64,000 nt of DNA from Octopus sinensis (Eukaryota). Every line of letters begins with the position of its first letter. Position 1 is the first letter of the stretch. The DNA lies in assembly GCF_006345805.1 (NCBI RefSeq), contig NC_043012.1, positions 10,168,001 through 10,232,000 on the forward strand, in the 5' to 3' direction. Positions 53,083 through 64,000 of this stretch are shown piece by piece. Made by a program: the position numbers and the translations under genes. The notes beneath the pieces were generated by a model. That model did not search any database, was not told the origin of the DNA, and saw only the letters and a list, made by a program, of their open reading frames with translations.

Positions 53083-53386
53083 CGGCACTCCGTCTATTAC
53101 GACGGTTTCCAGTTGATCAGATCAACGGAACAGCCTACACGTGAAATTAATGTGCATGTGGTTGAGCACTCCACAGACACGTATACTCTTAACGTAGTTT
53201 TCGCGGAAACAGAACGAAAGTATGAAAGAAAGTTGTGGTGAAAGAGTAGAGCAGTGTTCGCCACCACCACCCCTGGTGCTTTAGGTGTTTTCGGTCAATA
53301 AACACTCCCAGCGCCCGATCTGGGAATCGAAACAGTAATCCCACGACAGTGTGTTCGCTGCTCTAACCATTGGGCCATTGCGCCTC
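53082..53386 (-). mobile_element. SINE family D (tRNA head), internally deleted
   Basis: Head gaggcgcaatggcccaatggttagagc..ttcgattccc; homologous to 61340-61844. Confidence 0.75.
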
Positions 53387-53410
53387 ACACACACGCACAC
53401 ACACACATAC

Positions 53411-53512
<102 letters not shown>

Positions 53513-53524
53513 TATATATATATA

Positions 53525-53556
<32 letters not shown>

Positions 53557-54074
53557 GTAATGTACATATAATTATGCCAACATAATCATGTATAGGGTTG
53601 GCCCTCCTCAATGGAAATCAGAAAAAACGGAGACAGCAGAGATGTAACAGAAGTATACAAAAACAAGTTGACACGAAGTTATGTCTTGTAAACATGGCTA
53701 ATGTGGTGTGGTTGGAAATGTTCATGGCAGAAGGAGAGGAAAAGATAGAAATTGTTCAGTGAAGAATGGATTTCAAGAGGAGAAAACAGACGAGTAACTT
53801 CTTCAATAGGAATTAATTTTTTTTAAGTGTTTGGGAGCTTGTGCTTAATATGGATAATGAACTGTTTGTCTGGCTGCGCATCACGCTGTGTGTAGTTGTG
53901 TACTAGTGCCTCTGTCTGTGGTTATAAGAAGATTGAAACATTGTTCATAGATGAAATTAGTGGTGTGTATGGTGAGCGTTGTACAAGGAGAGATTTCGTG
54001 TGCATCAGTTGCACATATTAGTGTGATTTCAGTCAAACCAATCGACTACAGAGTTCATATACTTCTTTGAGCCT

Positions 54075-54465
54075 AAGGCGGCGAGCGGGAAGAAACGTTA
54101 GCACGCCGGGCGAAAAGCTTAGCGGCCTTTCCTCTGCCGCTACGTTCGGAGTTCAAATTCCGCCGATGTCGACTTTGCCTTTCATCCTTTCGGGGTCGAT
54201 TAAATAAGTACCAGTTACGCACTGGGGTCGCTATAATCGACTTAATCCGTTTGTCTGTTCTTGTTTGTCCTCTCTGTGTTTAGCCCCTTGTGGGTAGTAA
54301 AGAAACAGGCATTTCGTATGTCTTTACGTTCTAAGTTAAGATTCCGTCGAGGTCGACTTTGCCTTTCATCCTTTCGGGGTCGATAAATTAAGTATCAGTT
54401 TCGTACTGGAGTCGATCTAATCGACTTGTTCCCTCCCCCCAAAATTTCGGGTTTTGTGCATAGAG
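54075..54465 (+). mobile_element. SINE B full copy followed in tandem by a 5'-truncated B-variant
   Basis: Two successive gtcgactttgcctttcatcctttcggggtcgat cores with different 3' ends. Confidence 0.88.
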
Positions 54466-54579
54466 TAGAAAAGCTACTATTTTGAGCCAGGTACTTTATG
54501 TGAAATCGCTAACTTACGGTGACATGTATGCACCAACAACAGTTGTGAAACTTTCATACATAGACACAAAACACGCACA

Positions 54580-54725
54580 CACAACGGGCTTCTTTCAGTT
54601 TCCGCCTACTAAAACCATTCACAAGAAGGTGGGTAGTCAGCCTCACGCTTGCCCAAGACCACAAGTAGTGGAACTGAACCCGGGACTGGAAAGTTCACTT
54701 CTTACCACTCAGTCACATCTTTGCC
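54580..54725 (-). mobile_element. SINE A head half, diverged
   Basis: acgggcttctttcagtttccg.. Confidence 0.65.
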
Positions 54726-55254
54726 CAAGAGTGATGTGCAAGTATCTTGAAGATGTCTAAGTTTATGCGTATATCAAAACGTATAGTTAGAGAATAGATG
54801 TGTTTATAGTGTGAATTCCACTGAAGTGCGATGTTTGCGCTACGTGTGTTAATAGACATATGTTGCTCGTGTGTATTGTGGGTGATATGCCCTGTGCGCT
54901 TGCGTAGATATTGTAGATTTGTCATTAAACGTGACCAGTAGTGAGTGTGTATTTGAGTGTGATTTGAAAGGAGTGTCATGCGTGTTAATGCTTCGTGTAC
55001 AAGGGGTGTTGCTGGAAAGTTCTTGATTTTGGGCAAAATACAGATCAGTGAAACTTATCTACCTAAAGTTCGGTCGATCGGGATTTTATTGCTGATGACA
55101 ACAGAAAATATATTTCACAAAATTAAATGCTAGATTTTGTAAAACTTCATGTCAAATATACTCTGCTTTACTGTCAGGAAGACGAGTTATATACAAGAGG
55201 GTGCTGAAAGTATATATATATATATATATATATATCATATATATTTTATATATA

Positions 55255-55372
55255 TAATATATTAAATATTATTCGTAATATTTTATAATATTTTACTATA
55301 AAATCGATTTAATCCTAAATCTGATTTTTTCCCTGTAAATTTGGATTTATTCCCTAATATTTATTATATATA
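55255..55372 (+). mobile_element. Family-2 pLTR extreme 3' tail between (TA)n runs
   Basis: tttactataaaa..aatcctaaatctgattttttccctgtaaatttggatttattccc. Confidence 0.8.
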
Positions 55373-55383
55373 TATATATATAT

Positions 55384-55700
55384 ACACGAGGGTGTACCCC
55401 CAATACCCAAGAATTTTTGTAATATTACTTTATTCACTTAGTTTTACATGCTTACACTTTTGTCGTCTTCAAAGTATTCAAAGTATGCAATCCAGACGCG
55501 TTTTTCACGGTTCGAAACAGTCCTGGAACTCTTGTGAATGCTGCCTTTTAACGCCTCCGTCATTTTTTTTCGCCTCTTGCACAACAGCAGATCGTTTTCC
55601 TTTAAGAGAGTGGGGGTGTGGACAAAAAGTACCGCAGGGAGGAAGATCGCGGGAATAGGGAGGGTAGGTAAGCGGGGTTCATGCCATTTTTACTCAAAAA
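55384..55700 (-). mobile_element. mariner 3' end relic
   Basis: PYSRDLPPC (YSPDLAPC-like) motif; terminus cacgagggtg resembles mariner TIRs. Confidence 0.6.
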
Positions 55701-55716
55701 TTGTCTCACACTCAAG

Positions 55717-55747
55717 ACCTGAATAATAATAATAATAATAATAATAA

Positions 55748-55783
<36 letters not shown>

Positions 55784-55948
55784 TAATAATAATAATAACA
55801 ACAACAACATCGAAAACTACCTTAGGAATGAGAACCCAGGTTCAAAATTTCCCCAAGACACCTGATTAAGTCTGGAGGGTATATCAGCCGAAACATTGTG
55901 TTAACAACAAAGATTAGGACAAATATCGGTCAAATGTAAATAATATAC
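55717..55948 (+). mobile_element. SINE family E, 5'-truncated; degenerate hammerhead at 55858-55901
   Basis: gacctgaat(aat)n..acac-CTGATTA-a-gtctg..cagcc-GAAA-ca-TT-gtgt. Confidence 0.75.
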
Positions 55949-55967
55949 GTTTTAATTTTCCTCGCTT

Positions 55968-56080
55968 CATTTCTTCTTCTTCTTCTTCTTCTTCTTCTTC
56001 TTCTTCTCCTCCTCCCTCTCCTCCTCCTCCTCCTCCTTCTTCTCCTTCTTCTTCTCCTCCTCCTCCTCCTTCTCCTCCTC

Positions 56081-56111
<31 letters not shown>

Positions 56112-56560
56112 TTCTTCTTCTCCTCCTTCTTCTCCTCCTCCTCCTCCTCCTCCTTCTTCTTCTTCTTCTTCATCAGCGTTATCCTTTTCTTCATTTTCCT
56201 TTATTCGTCCATCACTTCCCTTCCTTACTTACTCCTCCTCTCCATTTCTGGTCCTTTGCATCCTTCTTTATTCCTCCACCTTCTCATCTCTCTTCTCCTC
56301 CTCCCTCTCCTCCTCCTCTCCTCCTCTCATCATCATTATCATCATTTTCTCCAATCCCCTATCATTGTTACACAGTCTTATCCCATTGCTCCACTCCTAT
56401 GCCTTCTCTCCTCCCCTTCCTCCACCCTCGCTCTGCCTCCTTTCTTATTCTTCCTCCTCCTATTCCTCCTATTCTTCCTCCTCGTCATCTTTCTCTCGTC
56501 GTCTTTGTCTTTGTATTCCTCTTTTTCCATCACTCCTTTCTTATTTTTAACTCGTAATTC
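55968..56560. repeat. (CTT)n/(CCT)n polypyrimidine tract
   Basis: Direct reading; explains the poly-K/E ORF at 55967. Confidence 0.95.
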
Positions 56561-57755
56561 CTCTCCATTCGTTTTCCCCTGTTTCCTATAAAATCCAACT
56601 TTATCTCAACATTTTGCTACTATATTAGTCCAATATCTCGTTTCTCTCAAACGACGCCATTTTATTGGGTTTGGAATAAACTGACTGCAGCACATTTCGC
56701 GACATTAACTACGGAAGAAAAGAATGCCTCACAATAGAATTCATCCAAAAGATAAAAATGAACACAGGATCTGAAGAACACAAGACTCTCACGAATCAAT
56801 TGGATTAAATCATTGAAGCAAATAAAGCAGCACGAAGAAATATATCTTGCAGATAATTTAGAAACCTGCGCAGAAATATATATCTAGACATATATGTGTA
56901 GATTTTCTATTTGTAGATTTTATAACAACGACCAGAAAAGTGAAATAAAACGTGCATTTTTAAGTGAATAAAAAATATTTGATATGTTTATAGGAATATA
57001 TGGCTTATAATAAAGTAGATATTGGTTACGACAATAATGGTTTCAACTTTTGGCACAGGTGCAGGAAATTTCGTATGGAAGGGGTTGTCGATTACATTCA
57101 TACCAGTACTTGACTGGTACATTATTCCATTGGCACCAAGAATAATAAAAGACAAAGTTGGCCTCGGCAGTATTTGCATTCAGGCTGAAGAAATGAACGT
57201 CAGCATTCATTCTCTCCGGCGCACCATCGATTCAGCTACATTGCGGATTTAGTTGCAAATTTAGGCTCAAAGCCAGCAAGGGTTGCGCAAGTCGATTAAA
57301 TTGATCGATGTACTCGGCTGGTACATATATTTTATCTATCTCAATACAATAAAAGGCAAAGTTACCCACAACGGGATTGTAACTCAAAAGGCAAAGAGAC
57401 GAGCAAATAACGTAAGTTATCTTTTCCCGATGTTTTTACTGATATTGCAATCGCTTGCTTCAGTTTCGTTACTTGTTTCTAATTTAGGTACAAGGCAAAT
57501 ATTAGGTTGTCCGGAAAGTTCATGCCGATTCATAGTAGCTTACCTAGAGCCATGATAGCTTGTTCGACGTTTTAATGAATCTACTAATTCGCAACCCTTG
57601 AATCTGCTTACTACTTATAAATAAATGAATATCTGTGTTAAAAATGAGAAATTGTGCTCGAATAAATGTGTTAAAATGTTACACCCCCAAAATCTCGCAA
57701 TAATTGTTCCTTTGGTGTTCATTGAAATATATCTCCGCTGTTCTAAGATATGTAA

Positions 57756-57864
<109 letters not shown>

Positions 57865-59841
57865 CCTTTTTTCCCGTATGTAATGTTGTATGGTAAGAAA
57901 CTATGTCATAAATACCGTCTGCCTAGCAGTATTGTTTCCCATATATTTTGTAAATAATTTTTATTTTACCTCTAAAATATATTTACTTGTATGACTTTTT
58001 TTTATATAATTCCCACGGTATTAAATATATTTAGGTTAACAATTTTCGGATTTAGATTTGGATAATGATCTGCTACAGATATATTGGGATCTACTGAAAT
58101 TGGTATGGCTAGCATTAAAGTTGATAAGACAGTTTATTATTACTTGTTAAGGTTATCTCTCAAGGTTTTCTACACGAAATACAATATTTCTGCATGTCAT
58201 TAACCGAGTTTATTACTATTATTGAGCGAGAGAGCAATGCATGCCATCAAGGTCACACTGGGGTGAAATATACTGAGCCCAGTATACCCATCATAAGGGA
58301 ACACCAAGCACATGCATCACAACAATATATGCGCGACATCGTGATCTCATACCAAGATAAACAGCGCATGATCTTGTATGACCTTGCTCAGTTAGAATTT
58401 GCTCCAGGTCGAGTAGCGCATCCCGCTCAAAAGATCCCTCGTAAGAGTAGTTGAGAGGAGACCTGACCAATGAGTATAAATATGAATGTTTTCTCTAAGT
58501 GGACAGCATATGGCGGATGGGTCTACCAGATATTTACAAAGAATACTAGCAGAACTAAACGCCCGTGAACAGCTTGTTGTTGAAGAACATATGTTGGAGA
58601 CTATAAAGGTGATGGTCAATGTTATTGTTACTAGCATAGATCCTTGGTCTCTTGTCATATTTACAACACAGATAGGAAGGCAGAGGTTCCTCACCGAATC
58701 TTGTCAAATGAAGTGTTCATGGATGTCCAGGTTTTAATGACTCCATACATACATAACCTACATATGTTAATTTATTTGGTGGAGCACGGAAAATGTTCCA
58801 TGTTTTTCTCAAAGTACACAGTACTGGAGACAGAGACAAATGAAGACCCCACTGAAAGCGAAATGAAATAACGTCATTTGTTACTAATAGAGCGATTGAT
58901 TTTGTACCTAAGTGTTACACATCTGTTAATTAATTTCTATTATTATTCTTACAACACGCTGTTATCATTATTCTATTTTCAGAGTTCCCCAATACCATCC
59001 AATACATTTGCCTGAAGTTGCTCATTAAGTACAATTTGATTCCTTTTTAGTTTTCTTCCAACACGGTTTCATACTACTTGCACAATGCCTTTCCATTTTC
59101 GTCATAACGCTTCAGAATTAACTGTCACAGTCGTTATCAAATGTAAATCGCTCCATGAAAGGTACAGTGCTGTTGTCTCGTAAAAACTGGCACCACTCAA
59201 GTTCCTTCCTCGATTCTAGTTTCTTTCATATTAAAAGTTGTTGATATGTTTAACAATAAGTCGGTGGAATATGTTAGGCAATCAAACACAGCAGTCTTCT
59301 TTCCGCTGTTGATGAGAATACAATCAGTTTGATAAGGTTATTGTGAACCAGATATCTATGTATGTTTTTTCCTTCCTATCATTGTATATCCATGCATATC
59401 TTTTCATTGATTTCTCAAAATATGCATTACACACAGATGCAAGTCATAATGCACCTAGTCCGTTGTCCATATATTTCGCATAACCCATATTTTCAGCAAT
59501 TCTTCTGTCGTCTCAGTATTGGTGACTGTGTTCTACATCTCCACTCACATGCACGCACGCACACACACACACCACGGAGGAATCCCACACAGTATTTGTA
59601 CACATATAATATATATATATATTATTTATATATATATATATATAAAATCTCCCTCTGATTAATGCTTCGGACTTTACCGAAATAAGCATAGATTTGATGA
59701 TTTTAACCACGCTGGTGGGAAAGGGAGAACAGAGATTCTTCGCTTGCTTATTTTGAATTTGTTGGCACTGTTAGTTGGGGAGCAGATCTTCGAGAGGGTA
59801 TGTTCTTATTTTCAGTGTTTCCAAATCCAAACCAAGGAATC

Positions 59842-59893
59842 CGAGCCGATGATAGAAATGTTGTTTTGACTAATCTTGAAACGTACGTTCTCG
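59842..59893 (+). ncRNA. Type-I hammerhead-like motif, variant core, inside an insert at about 59645-60010 between (TA)n runs
   Basis: cgag-CCGATGA-taga..tctt-GAAA-cgtacg-TT-ctcg; palindromic stem III. Confidence 0.62.
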
Positions 59894-60043
59894 AATAACC
59901 TTAGCATTTGATTTTTCGATGTCATTACCCCCAAACTTTTGTGAGTTACATTATGCAAACACTATATATATGAGAGAGATTTTATTTAAGTATTAGAATA
60001 GCCTTATTTTTTATATAATGAGTTCAGTATATATTTATTTTAC

Positions 60044-60088
<45 letters not shown>

Positions 60089-60142
60089 TGATATATATTT
60101 TATACATATATGCATGTATATGTGTTTCACTCTCTCACATCG

Positions 60143-60177
<35 letters not shown>

Positions 60178-60299
60178 CTATATATATAATATATACTATA
60201 TATAATATATGTGTGTGTGTGTATTAAAGGTTTTCTTACAGGTATTATTTTAAAATAATCTAAATTCCGGTTTCAGGTATTATATTCAGAATTTGCATG

Positions 60300-61200
60300 T
60301 CTCGAAAAACCCATAAGTGTTTTACTGGGTGCTGTAATAAATTCGCCTCTAAACTGTATTTTCTTTATTGAAGATTGAATGAAGTCTATGAAGATCATTG
60401 CTGATAGAAGTGTTATTTATTAAGGCATGTATTAAACAACTGTAAGTTGAGGACTATTAGACAAAATACGATGAGAGTAGGTGTTCAAAAGATTATGGAT
60501 TTCTGGCAAGTAAGGCGTAGGCTCAGTTGTTTGATAAAAAAAGACTAGTAATGGTATTGGGAAAGCGGTATATATTAGTGTATCAGTTTGCGTTTTGGTG
60601 GATCCAGCATGTAATCAATGAGTTCTGAACCAAGGACGTTATAGAAACTGTACAAAATGCATGGGTAAGAGCCGTATGTTTCTTCTTTATATCCAGTTAA
60701 GCTTATGTTGTCATTACGTGGTATCTAGTTTCGTTTACAACCTGCGATTGTATTGCTGGTTATTGTATTGTTGGAGAGAAAAAAGACATGTTGCGCCACA
60801 GGAGGATGTTTATGATGTCTGTATTTAGGGCGGCAAAGCAATATCTTGATATTTGAAATATGTTGTATATGAAGTTGTTCGTAGAAGATTAGATAAGAGG
60901 GCCAAGTGGTGACGACTCATCAGGTGGGAAAGCTTTCAGCATGCTGATATTTCAGTTTTGTGACATATTGGGTGTTGAGTAGTATATGAATGTGCTGTGA
61001 GCAATTACATTGAGAATGGGAAAAACGAAAATGTGCAGGGTCGAATGTAGCTTGGCAGAGGCTGGTTTCAGAACTAAAAATAAAATCAGAGATATCAGAG
61101 TTGCATGTATGTCGCCCAGGGAAATTGCATGAGGGTAGACAATGTGTAGAGAGTTTATCAGTTCAAACAATTCTACTTTGCCCCAGCAGCATCACTGTGA
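60300..61200 (-). mobile_element. Possible very old LINE APE-endonuclease relic
   Basis: AISLGDIHA (GDFN-like) and IDYML motifs in the expected order; weak. Confidence 0.3.
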
Positions 61201-61339
61201 AAAATCTATGAGTAGAGGTGAACTTTGATTTCATTAATGACATTAAAACAGAGTAAAAAAGCATAGAATTATATGTTCTCGATGTAAGTTAAGATGAGTT
61301 AGAACATTTGTCAGGGAGTGTATTTCGTACATTGTGAAG

Positions 61340-61844
61340 TGTGTGACCTCCTTCGGTCATGAATGACCATGGAATTGCACCTAGAAAGTTACCCTCCGAG
61401 GTACAAGTCTGGGCAAGGTTGTTTATGGAAGACCAGCAGTCGCCCTCGCATACCAGCCTCCCCTCTCTCCACGCCACCAATGTTATCCAAGGGAAAGGTA
61501 AAGGCCGATACAGCTTGGCACCAGTGACGTCGCACCTCATTTATTAACGTACAAGTGGCTGAGCACTCCACAGGCACATATACCTATAACGTAGTTCTCG
61601 AGAAGATTCAGCGTGACACAGAGTGTGACAAGGCTGGCTCATTGAAATCCAGGTACACCAGAAACAGGAAGAAAGAGTGGGAGAAAGTTGTGGTGAAAAA
61701 GTACAACATGGTTCACCCTGCCGGAGCCTCGTGGTGCTTTAGGTGTTTTCGCTCAGTAAACACTCACAGTGTCCGGTCTGGGAATCGAAACCACGATCCT
61801 ACGACCGCGAGTCCGCCGCCCTAACCATGGGGCATTGCGCCTCC
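61340..61844 (-). mobile_element. SINE family D, near full length
   Basis: tRNA head ggaggcgcaatgccccatggttaggg..ggtttcgattccc; body shared with 53082-53386. Confidence 0.8.
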
Positions 61845-63019
61845 ACATTCTGAAGTAGAGTCTTTAATTGAGTATGATTGGAGTTTTGTTTACTAGTACC
61901 CATGTAAGAAACTCGAAAAATATAGTGCGTGAAGTCTATATCTACATAGGCTGAATTTCGAATGTTGACAGAATATAGCACAAGAGTAGAGAGCAGTATA
62001 ACTCTTTGCTGATATTAGGAGGCGGATTGGTCTGGAATTCGTAGAGAAAATTTTGAGATATTTTATATCTTAGATATTTGTTCCATTTTGTTTCAGATTA
62101 ATTGTATGAGATTAAAATGTGCAGATTGTGATAAATTAAGAGTAGTTAATTTATCACAATCTTTACTTAATCGCAGATCGTAGATCGAAACACTTTGTTT
62201 TAAGTAGCCCAACTGGTTATTCAGTGAACGCGTATGCGATTCTCAAAATATTTGGTTTGTTTGAGCAACATTTGTGGGCATAGGGACAAGGGTGATGCGC
62301 CAGCTGCCAAGGCTACATCCAAAGATGTCACCATTGGGATTTAGGGCCGCTTACTTTCGTGTATTAAATATCTTTTTAATTCAAGTATTAGCATCGGTGT
62401 AAGGGTAATGCATTTAAATTAAAAACTGGAACAAAAATAATTGATATACAAAATGTCAGAACTCAACCGTAAACTCGAACGATTGAAAACATGAATACCA
62501 CACACAGACACACACACGCACTCCTGCTCTCACATACATCCACACACACGCGCACACAAACATGCACACCCACACATACACACACACAAACACATGTACG
62601 CACATATACACGTGCACACATGGGTAAATATTGTAAAAGATTTCCAGACGTAATTTTATATGGGTGCTAATGCCAGAAGGCTAGTTCTTGCTCTTTGGTG
62701 AGGTCGTATATAATGGTTGTAGAAATAATTGCACAATTGAGATCTAGCACGTTTGATAAAACTCATCTCTCGCTTGAATATCTTTATGTGTTACATATCT
62801 GTAGGTTAATTAACCAATCGAGTAAATTTTACAAGTAAATTAACATCCACAGTCAGTTTGAAGTATATTTACAAATCTCATATTACATATATCTCAAAAA
62901 ATATTATCTCACGTCTTAAATTCAATGTGTTAAATTGAATGTAAATTAAGTTGACACGCTTCATTGAAAATGTGTAGAAAATGTCTAAAATCGAAAATAT
63001 TATGTCGTATTAACATTCG

Positions 63020-63235
63020 TTTCAAATTTTGGCACAAGGCCAGTAATTCGAATTTTGGCACAAGGCCAGTAATTACATCGGCCTCAGTTCTCAAATGCTA
63101 CTTATTTAATCGATCCCGAAATGATGAAAGACAAAGTTGAATTCGGCGTAATATGAAATCAGAATGTAAAAGGCGGCAGAGATGAGGCGAAGCATTTTAA
63201 TTTGCGCAGTAAGGATTCTGCCAGATTGATGCCTT
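63020..63235 (-). mobile_element. SINE B-like, strongly diverged
   Basis: gatcccgaaatgatgaaagacaaagttgaattcggcg. Confidence 0.55.
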
Positions 63236-64000
63236 TTGTATTAATAATATTGACTCTTAACAATAGCTAGTATCCGCAAATACAGAAATATGCCACCTCA
63301 GTTGCTTTCACACAGCTGAAGACTACCTTAATCACAAAGCTAATCACGCCTAATTAAAGCTACTTTGTGTAGCTGCCTAATAGCTACACCTGTGAGAATA
63401 TTCAGACTCATTATAGTAAGCTAGCGAATTACAACCGAATCGTATATTGTTTTTCTAGTTAAATGAACATAAAATAACTGTATTTACTTTGAGAGCTTTG
63501 TGCAAAGTGAGAATGAATCATCTTGCCCTAAGCACACCCAATTAACTAGACTACATCAGTTATCAAAATTCCTATAAAGAATTTGATCACAATCATATGT
63601 AAGTCTATTATCGATATATATTTTCGGGAAAATATTATAATCATGTTATGTTATATTCTCCGACTACGATGCATTAATAGAGTTAATTACACAAGAGGAT
63701 TTATGAAATATTAATGTATTTTTGCTTTTGCATTTCTGTCTTATAGCCACACTATAAGACTAAGTTACTCCAGATTAAGGCCGTGTAGATTATACCATGA
63801 ATTCCATGAACGTTCTTCATTTGAGATTAACCAACCGGATGCATTTAAGCTTCACGCAAGGGCAGTTAGGCATCCAGGTCTGATTGTTGGTAGATGGAAT
63901 TTCATTTCCAATCATTATACAGTTTCTCCGTCATACATGTAGCGTTCAATTTCCTGTCTATAAACTATTACTTGGCTCAATGATCTTGTAAAATTTAAGG

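Noticed and set aside
59040-59340. Possible additional mariner remnant
   Set aside because: Only vague motif resemblance; cannot support it
60900-60930. Minus-strand cacCTGATGAgtc and other isolated CTGATGA words (e.g. 27352, 44647)
   Set aside because: No stem II plus GAAA downstream; chance heptamers

Overview
Eukaryotic, AT-rich, gene-free repeat landscape. I infer an octopus/cephalopod intronic or intergenic region from the SINE families and the extreme microsatellite load. No host protein-coding exon, rRNA, true tRNA gene or CRISPR array can be supported. Most ORFs in the supplied track are translations of microsatellites. The window holds: (i) many copies of at least five tRNA-derived SINE families; (ii) decayed non-LTR retrotransposons (Tx1/L1, CR1-type, R4/Dong, CRE-type, RTE); (iii) DNA transposons (a full-length but dead hAT element with a perfect 8-bp TSD, a DD37D maT transposase, mariner relics, a pogo-like MITE, a non-autonomous Helitron). 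The most notable signal, invisible in the ORF track, is a set of 13 minimal type-I hammerhead-ribozyme-like motifs, found by eye, from about 8 sequence families. They lie in Penelope-like pLTR fragments, most of which abut (TA)n runs and several of which sit beside fold-back inverted duplications. One family is a composite: tRNA (Pol III) head, (AAT)n linker, hammerhead-bearing tail, i.e. a candidate Penelope-mobilised ribozyme SINE. All alignments and folds were done by eye. Non-terminal element boundaries are approximate, and no ribozyme activity is demonstrated.
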